Virus record (IMG/VR): IMGVR_UViG_3300033146_001382
Span: 64,001-128,000 of that record
Length of the DNA: 64,000 bases
Strand: one strand, 5' to 3'
From: a virus
Shown here: positions 12,201-21,200 of the stretch, in pieces
Layout of the letters: the number at the start of each line of letters is the position of its first letter
How positions within the stretch are numbered: the first letter of the stretch is position 1
Notes under the pieces: generated by a model
What the model saw: only the letters and a program-made list of their open reading frames with translations
What the model was told of the DNA's origin: nothing
The model's database searches: none
Position numbers and translations under genes: made by a program

Positions 12201-15200
12201 TGGTTGATGGTAATAGAACATTTAGTGTGGCTATAGAAAGGGTAGTTAAGTGGGGAGCTGCTGCTACTTTAGTATATGGTGGGATGAGTTATATTAAAGA
12301 TGCAGTTAACCATATGGCAGATGTAGAGACAGCTATGGCTAGGTTGAGAATGGTGATGAATCCATTAACTACTGATTTTGATGCTCTACAGAAATCAGCA
12401 TTAGGGTTTGCTCAGCAATATGGTGTAGAGACAACAGATGTTTTAGGTAGTATGAAGGTATTTGCTCAGCAGGGGTTATCACAAGGTGAGGTACAAGATA
12501 GGACTCAGACTTCTACATTAGCTGCTAATGTTACTACTTTAAGTGCTACAGATGCTACTGAAGCATTAACTGCTTCTATGAAAGTGTTCAGGTCTGAGGG
12601 CGAAAATTCTATGAGATTTCTAGATTCTTGGAGCCAAGTAGAGGCTAGAGCAGCAATTACAGCTGGAGATCTTGCTGACGCTATAAAAAAATCAGCATCA
12701 GCTGGTAAAAATGCAGGATTTACTTTTGATGAACTAAATGGTATGATAGCTGCTATAGGTTCAGTAACTCGTAAATCAGGTAAAGAGATTGGTACTTCTT
12801 TGAGATTCATTTTTAGACGTATTTCAGCTGATAAAGCTCCTAAAGCTCTTAAAAATGTAGGGGTAAGCACTACTACAGATAAAGGGGAACTTAGGTCTGG
12901 TTTTGCTGTTTTAGGCGACTTAGCTAGTGAGTGGGATAACTTAGCTCAAGCACAAAAATTAAGTATTGCCCAAGCAATAGGTGGTACTCGTCAATATAAT
13001 CAAGTACTAGTTTTAATGGATAATTGGGATCAGGTAGTTAAAAGTTTAGGGGATAGTTTAGACGCCAAAGGTTCAGCCGAGAGACGTAATCTTCAGTTAA
13101 TGAAGACTTATACTAAACAGTTAGAACAAACTAAGGCAGTTTTTTCAGCTTTAAAGATAGAGGTAGGTAAAGTAGTACTACCTAGTTTTAAAGTAGCTAT
13201 GAGTGGTATAAGAGGCCTCATTGAAGTAGTAAATAATGTACCTGAGTCTATAAAACTAGCTGGTGCTGGTATAGTTTTATTCGTAGGTTATATTACTAAG
13301 GGAGCTTCTGCTCTTAATTATATTATAAACATGGTGGATAGAACTAAATTATCGTTTGCTGCCTTAAAGGATGATTTTGCTAAAGGACTTGGGCAAGGTC
13401 TGTTTGAATCTTTTGGTAAAGGTAGTCCTGAGCTAGATTCTAATTTATTTGGATTGTCTAGTTTGGGGGATTCTGGTACTAGGAATATTAATGATATGAC
13501 TAGTTCAATGGGTAAGTTAGCCTTTGGTGTATTAGCAGCAGGGCAAGCTTTTAATAAATTTTCTGGTATAGTAGTTAAAGATACTGGAGGAGCTTCTAAG
13601 GTAGTTGCAAAATACCTAAAGACAGCAGGTAAGTTAGTTTCAGCTGTAGGCACTGGAGCACTTTTAGCGCCAATACCTGGTCCAGTTGATGATATTATAG
13701 GAGGTGCCACTGAGTTCGCTGGGGAAGCTTTAAAAGGGACTGCAGGAACTTTTGATTTCCTAGGTGATACTATGGGTAAAGGGGCCCAAGCATGGATAGA
13801 GAATTTTGCGTCTAGTAACTCTTCTGCCGTAAAGTCAGTAATGCCATTAATGGCAACTCTTGGAGGATTAGCAGCAATGGCACCTATAGTCAGTACTGCT
13901 TTTAAAAATTTAACTCAGACCGCTAAAGATTATAAAGATGAGCAACTGAATAGACTTGAAGTAGATGCTAAAGAAATAGATTCTATACAAGGGCTTATTA
14001 CTTCATATAAAGACCTTCAGTCTCAAAAACAAAGAATCGCAAAATTGTCTACCCCAGAGGAGCAGGCAAAGAATATTAAACAAGGTGACTACAAAAGTCC
14101 GGTGTTTGAAGAAATAGATAGTTTAAAGACTACTAGAAAATTTAATGCTTCCTTAAGTGGTTTAGATTCCAATATGGTTGATGGCTTTGATGAGTTTGGG
14201 CGAGTTATAATTAATAACAAAGGTAATTTAAAGGAATACTTAGAAGAATTAAAACGGGCTAAAACGATTTCTTTGGCCTTGTCAAAAATTAAAATTACTT
14301 CTAGATTTACAGAAGACTTGACTAAGACAGATGGTAATCAAGAGTGGAAGTACCAAGTTCAACAGCTTGCTAAGGAATTCCCTTTAATAGGTGATATGCT
14401 AGCTAAGGGTATATCAGTAGGGCCTAAGAAAGCTTTGGAAGTGTTACAAACTGAGCTAACTCAGCTTTTAGACGCAAAAGCTGAAAATCCTATGTCCACA
14501 GCGTTTGATCAAGATATAAAGACAGCACTTACTGCTCATTCTAAAATACTGAAAACATTTGCTTCTGAATACTCTGAAATTTCTAAAACTTTAAGTGGTA
14601 TTAGTATTAGTGGTACTACTTTATCTGATGTAACTAATTTATTTAATTCAGGGGATGCCTTGGCTACTTTTGATTTACAAGCAGCATATGAAGATAAATA
14701 CAATATTGCTAGTGTGAAAGGTACTGTTAGTGGTAAGGATATAGCGGCATCCAAAATACTATCTACCCAAGCAGGTGGAAATTCATCATATGTAGAGGCT
14801 TCTCGCTTATTAACAGAGAATAATTTATTTAGTGCAGGTAGGCTACCTAGAGCTCCAGATGCTACTGGAAATATTTCAGTAGAGAATAATGATTTTGTAA
14901 CACTCAATAAGGATTTTGCTAAAGCGCATAATATAGCTACCGAACAAGCTATTTTAATAATAGATAAAAATAACCATACGTTTCTGCAGTATATAGATTC
15001 TATTTCTGGTGCACCTAAGACTAAAAAGATTTCTAAATGGGATCTAGCGAGAGCTGCCAGGGGATTTTTTCCAGCAGAGGCTATCTTACGAAAAACTAAA
15101 GCAGATATAACTAAATTAAATACATTCATCTCTGGGGCTTCAGCAGGCTTAATAGGAATTTCTGATAAGGGGTTAAAAAAACGTCAATTTAGTTTAGGAG

Positions 15201-18200
15201 AGAAATTTTTTGACCAGGTGTCTACTGATACTTTGTTACAATCTAATAAGGGTTTTGATATTACTAATAGAACTTTTGGTGAACCTAAGTATAAAGAAAA
15301 TCAGTCAAAAGATTTTATAAAGAAATACTATGATCCATTACAAGAGTACAACTCACTTAAATCAAGGCTAGGTGGGGAGGAGTCAACTCCGAAGGATGGG
15401 GATCGTTTGGGCAGTACTGCTAAAAGGTTTAAAGAGCTACAGGATATACTTAAAAATAACTCTGTTGCATTTCAATATAAAGCTGCAATAGAAGATTTAT
15501 CGAAAACACTTTATGCTGGGGAGCGGGCCATACGTAAAAATATTGAGGCAGAGAAGTCTAGACAGACTATAGACAAAGAGACGTCTGGATTCCTACAGGG
15601 TAAGACTAAAGGGATTAGTTCCCTTAATTTAGGTGTTAGGGATTATAAAGACTTAAATCCACAGCAAAAGGCCTCAGTAAAATTCAAAAGTTATGATAGT
15701 GTAGCTAAAAGTATATTAGTACAAGAGACAAATTTAGAGGGGTTACTTAATAACTATAAAGAGTTAGCCAACACATATGCAGATGTAAAGGAGATAAAGT
15801 TAGTATCTAAGGCATTCGGTGCAGTAATGCAGCCAAAAAGACATACAGAGTTATTATCCGCTATGGATAAAGTAGGTGGGGATAAAGGTACTGCTCAGTT
15901 ATATTTAAAGATGTCAGAGTTAAAATCCCCATTAGATGACATTAATATTAATACAGCTAAAACAGTTGATTTGCTAGATAAAGATAGTGCTAAAGTTACT
16001 AAGGCTAAAAATATAGTAAATTTAAATTTAGAAGAGGCTAATAAAAAGAAATTACGTGGTGAGAGGCTGAATACCTTTAAAACCGAGTTTTCACCTGGAG
16101 TAGTCATTATTAAAAATTTAGATATGTTATTAACTAAAAGAGATTCAGCTGCTAAAGTTGGGGACAAAGCTACTGTAAAAATGTTAGATTCTTATTTGAC
16201 TAAGTCATATGGTAAGCTCATAAAAACGTTTGGTGTAGCAAATACAGTTAAATTAGCTAAAGAACTTTATTATAAGGATGAGACTAGGTCACGTACGTCA
16301 AGGGTTTTAAGTTTAGGTCTCCACGGGTTGGGTACAGACCCTACTAGGTTGACACAGGTGATAGAATCAAAAAAACTTTCTGACGCTGCAAGTGTTGGTA
16401 ATAAATTAACTAAATTATTTTCTAAAGATCATCCTTGGAAGTCCTATATAGATAAAAGATTTACTAACTATACACCTAAAAAGACATCAGAGGCTATGAA
16501 TTTAGAATCTACTTATTCAAAGAAAGCTAAGTCTCCTTGGTTTGCGCCAAAAACTTTTGAAAAGGCACTATTGGTGGGTAATATAGTTACGGCATTTAAA
16601 GGAGCCTCACTTAAAGAGAAAAGAGACACTGTATTAGATAATATAGTTAAATTACAAAAAAGAAAGTCTGCACTATCTACTAATGACGAAACTACTAAAT
16701 CTAGAATTGATGAAGAAATAACTACTAATAAGTCACTTTTAAAAAGGGATTTAGATCCTAAAATTTATTTAAATAATATTCTAAAATCAACTGCTAGAGC
16801 TGCGTTTGTGGCTTATGAGGGTGCTGACACTTTTAAAGTGTCAGCAACCAATAAAGAAAATCTAGCAGTTACTGCTGGTGGCATTTTTATGTTGATGAAG
16901 GGGTTAGAGGGAAAGATAGGAAAAGAAAATATGCCAGAGTATTTTAAGAAATTCTCTAAAAAAGTAGGCCCAGCTTTTACAGAAGCAGCAACATCAGGGG
17001 ATTTTTCTAAAGTTACATCCTTAGGCTCTGACACAAAATCGTTTTTGGGTGAATTTACAGGATCTATGAAAGAGCAGTTTAAGGAATTTAAAGATGGTAG
17101 TAAGTCATCCGGCACAGTTAAAGATGATAGGAGTGATTCTGAAAAATTAAGGGAGTTGTCTAAATTAAAAAAGTCAGAGCAGGCGTTAGCCGATCTTAAA
17201 AAGCAACTATCTGCTGGTAATACAGGGGCACTAAGATCTATTGAAGCAGCACTTTATGCTTTTGGTGGTGTAGCTACATTAGGTTGGAAAGCTTCTAAAG
17301 GTGAAACAGCTGCTAAAATTAAAGATGATAAAAAGTTAGCTGAGGCACAATCAAAAGCTATGCTAGAATATACAATTAAAAATGCATCGGAGGTAGATAA
17401 TTATATACTTAATAATGAAAAATCAAAGAAAGAGAAAAAATCAAATATAGCTGCTAAGCCTGCCGGAAAGCCAGATGACATTATTATGGATACCAATAAA
17501 AATTTTATTGATATTGTAGAAACACTAAAGGCTTCTGGAGGCAGTTATCTAGAGGTAATTAAAAAACTACAAGATGTACTAGGAAATGATAAGTCATTTG
17601 CAAATCTTATAGTAGATGTTACTAGGATTCAATCCTCCTTAGAGAACTTTAGAGGTGAACTTATAAAGACATTCAGTACTTTTGATGATAAGAGAATACT
17701 AGCGCCTATTAGGTCTTTAAATGGTAAATTGACTGGGTTTGGTGGTGATATACAACTACCGGTTAGTGAAAGAGAAATGTCCCCACAACAAAGATTTTAT
17801 GCTGGTGGATCAAAAGAGTTACAGAGTATCTTTACACTAATGTCAAAAGCTGCCATGGTACAAGAAACTAATTTAAGAGCTATTGGTTCTGTAAGATCTG
17901 AAATTAGTACTATTACTCAAAATCTTTCTAAAAGTACTGAATCCGGAGCTTCTGAAAAAGATATAGTTTATTGGGAAGAAGAGTTATTACGACTTAATGC
18001 TATATTAAATAAATTAAAGCAAGATACTGGTAAACTTAATGAACAAACACAGACATTAAGTACTACTATGCGTGCAGCTAATAAATATGCTAATGCTATT
18101 TATAAATTAAATGATGCATTAGAAGACATAACGGTAGATCACATTGTTTCAGGTTTAACAGGTTTAAAGACTTATTTTAAGTCGTTTAATAAATTAATGG

Positions 18201-21200
18201 GAGGGTCAGATTCATTAGCAGTACAGCCTATAACTCCAGAGCAACAAAGAATGGGGACTAAAGTAGGGGTACCATTAGAATTTAATATATCTACTAATAA
18301 GGATATAGAGAAGGCACAATTACGTACTGAACTTAAGAACGCTTCTGATACTAAATCTAAAGCGGCCGCTCAACGTAAAATAAATGATTTAGAAGAAAAG
18401 TATAGACGATTGGAGTTGGAGCAGTCACAGAAAGAAGAGAATTCACGATTAACTTCCAATATGCGGCCATATACAGATTTTTACAAAGAGATAACTCGTC
18501 TACAGGTCAGTGGTGGTTTAAATGACAAACAAATTAGTGACATAGAAGAAGTTAAAGTAATAATTAATAAAGCTATAGGTGGTGCTACTAAACCTATACC
18601 AATAGAAGATGCTATAAAACGATTAAAAACTAATGAAGATAGTATGGGTAACACTCAGTTTAAAATGGCTATGAATGAGTTACTTAAATTTAAGGAGACA
18701 GGCACTGAGTTTGTTTACCAGGGTGTCGCTGACTCAAATGAGCTTCAAGATGCTATAAATAGATTACGTATAGCATATGAAGATGAATTAAAGACTATTG
18801 CAGCTGATAATGGGGAAACTACTATATCTACCGCATTAAGAGATGAGGTAGCAGATCCTATAGTTGGAGTTATAAATTTATCTAATAAATTATTAGAAGA
18901 GTTAGTTACTGAGTTTGTGGGGCAAACAGCTACGGATATGGTATTAAAGGAATTTGAGAAAAAACAAGTAGTGCCTAGTTATCTTAAGGCTGTTTCATCT
19001 TCTAAAGAGTTAAGTACATCACCTAAGAGTAAAGTATTTAGAAATAGTTTTACTACCCCAGCTGATGAATTAAAACCATTACCTTCTGTCATAGATACTG
19101 ATTTTAATAAAGTATTTAATGATAAAAAATTCTTGGCTCAATCACCTGTAGAGCGCACCGAGTATAATAATAGAGGGGCAACTCCTAATATGTTTGAAAA
19201 AATTGAAGGGTTTATTAATCCTAATAAGACGATTAAGACATATGAAAAGCCTTCTATTATGGAGAATGTGTATATTCCATCTAGTACGCAAGATAATATA
19301 GAAACTAATGAAATGGCTAATGGTATTCTAATTTCAAAATCACAGGATATTTCTACAATGTCTGGAAACCCTCAAAAAATTATTACTGATCAAGAGACCA
19401 AAGACATTCTAAAAGAGATAGCTGTAAACAGTAAGGCAGTAGACAAAGAACAACCAAAAGAAGCCCTAAAAAAAGCTATAGGTGGTAGAATATTTGGTGA
19501 AGGTGGGCCAAGAGAAGATAAAGTCCCGGCTTATTTAAGTCCTGGGGAATTTGTTATACGTGCTGCTTCTGCACAGCAGATAGGCTATCAGAATCTGGAT
19601 GTAATGAATAAGAAGGGTAGAGTACCATTAAAGTTTAAAGATGGAGGACTAACACCAGAACTTATAGGTAAGGCTCATACATACTTTACTGACCCAGATG
19701 CTGAAGCGCCTATACCTACATTTGATTCAAAGAATGAAGAAAAATTTAATTCTAAGTTAACCAAAAAGTACCTTGATTTATATAGATCATTATTACCTGA
19801 AGAAGCTAGAGAAAATGAGTCTATTAAGTTGGCATCTACTTTTCGTGGTTTTTATAATACTTTAATAGATTTAAATGAGGCTGAGGTTTTTTCAGACGAC
19901 GAACTATTTGCTGTAGATGCTTCTATGATGTTAAATAAGTTTAAAGAGATGCAAAGTAATAAAGGTATATTAGGCTTTATGCAACGTTCATTAAGTAAGA
20001 AGACTGGGGCTACAGCAGGTGCAAGAGCACTCACAGGTTTGGATAAAGTTGATTTGCTAAAGGAAATAAATACTTATGCTGACGGTGGGAAAGCTATTAG
20101 TACTATTACAGGTAAACCTATTCCTACTGCTGAAGAAAAAGAAGTAGGTATGTCAAAGATGCGTGAGGCCTTAGGATTCGTAGCGTCAGTTGCTCATCCT
20201 TATACTTCTATCCCTACCTCTATTTATGGTATGTACCAGGGATTTAAAGAAAGTGGTTTTAATATGAAGTCTATGGTAGAAGGGGCCGGTATTCTAGAGA
20301 TAATGAATTTTATACCACAAGCTAAAAAACTAGGTAAAGTTGGGAAATTTTTAAGTAAAGGAGTAGGTAAATATGTAGATAACGCTGGAGATATTAATGA
20401 TTATTTTAATATTACTGGTAAATTAACTAAAGCCCCAGAAACGTATAAAGTGACAAAACCTATACATAGGGACTTTGGGCCATTAAGTGCATCATTTAAA
20501 GATGGCGGTTCAGTACTTTCTGAAGAAAAACAAAATGAACACGATGCTTTATATTCAAGGTTTCCAAGTAATACTGAATCTAATTATAACTCAAAAAGTA
20601 CTGTTAATTTAAATAAAGTGAGAAGTTTTATAGGTGACTCTACAGGAGTAGCAGAAGTTGACGCTTCATTATTTAATAAGAGGCTTAATACTTCTATTGG
20701 AAGTCGTAGATCTGTAGCTAGACTACTTAAAGATTCTTATATGGCCCCAGATAAAAATAATGAAGTAATGAATACTGATGTTTTAAAGTTAACAGCTAAA
20801 TCTAATAGTAAGCTAATGAATAATAAAGTACGAAATTTTATAGGTGATTCTACTGGTGCAGTAGAGGTAGATGATACTTTATTTAATCGTAGGCTTAATT
20901 CTTCGGATGACTTACAGTCAGTAGCTGATTTACTTAAAAATAATTATAATAAAATTGATACTAATAATGAAAAATTAAATACTGATGTTTTAAAACTTAC
21001 TGAAGAACCAACTAAACCTTTAAATATTAAGAACTTACATGCTAAGTATCCTAAATCAAATAGCAGATTATTAGCTAATAATAAGGAAGCTACTACATCA
21101 TATCATATCCCTATGGGGGATGGAAGTAGTGAGATATCTACTAATGATTGGCCTCCATCCCAAAATCTACTTGACTTAATTAGAAATAACTGGAGTTCGT

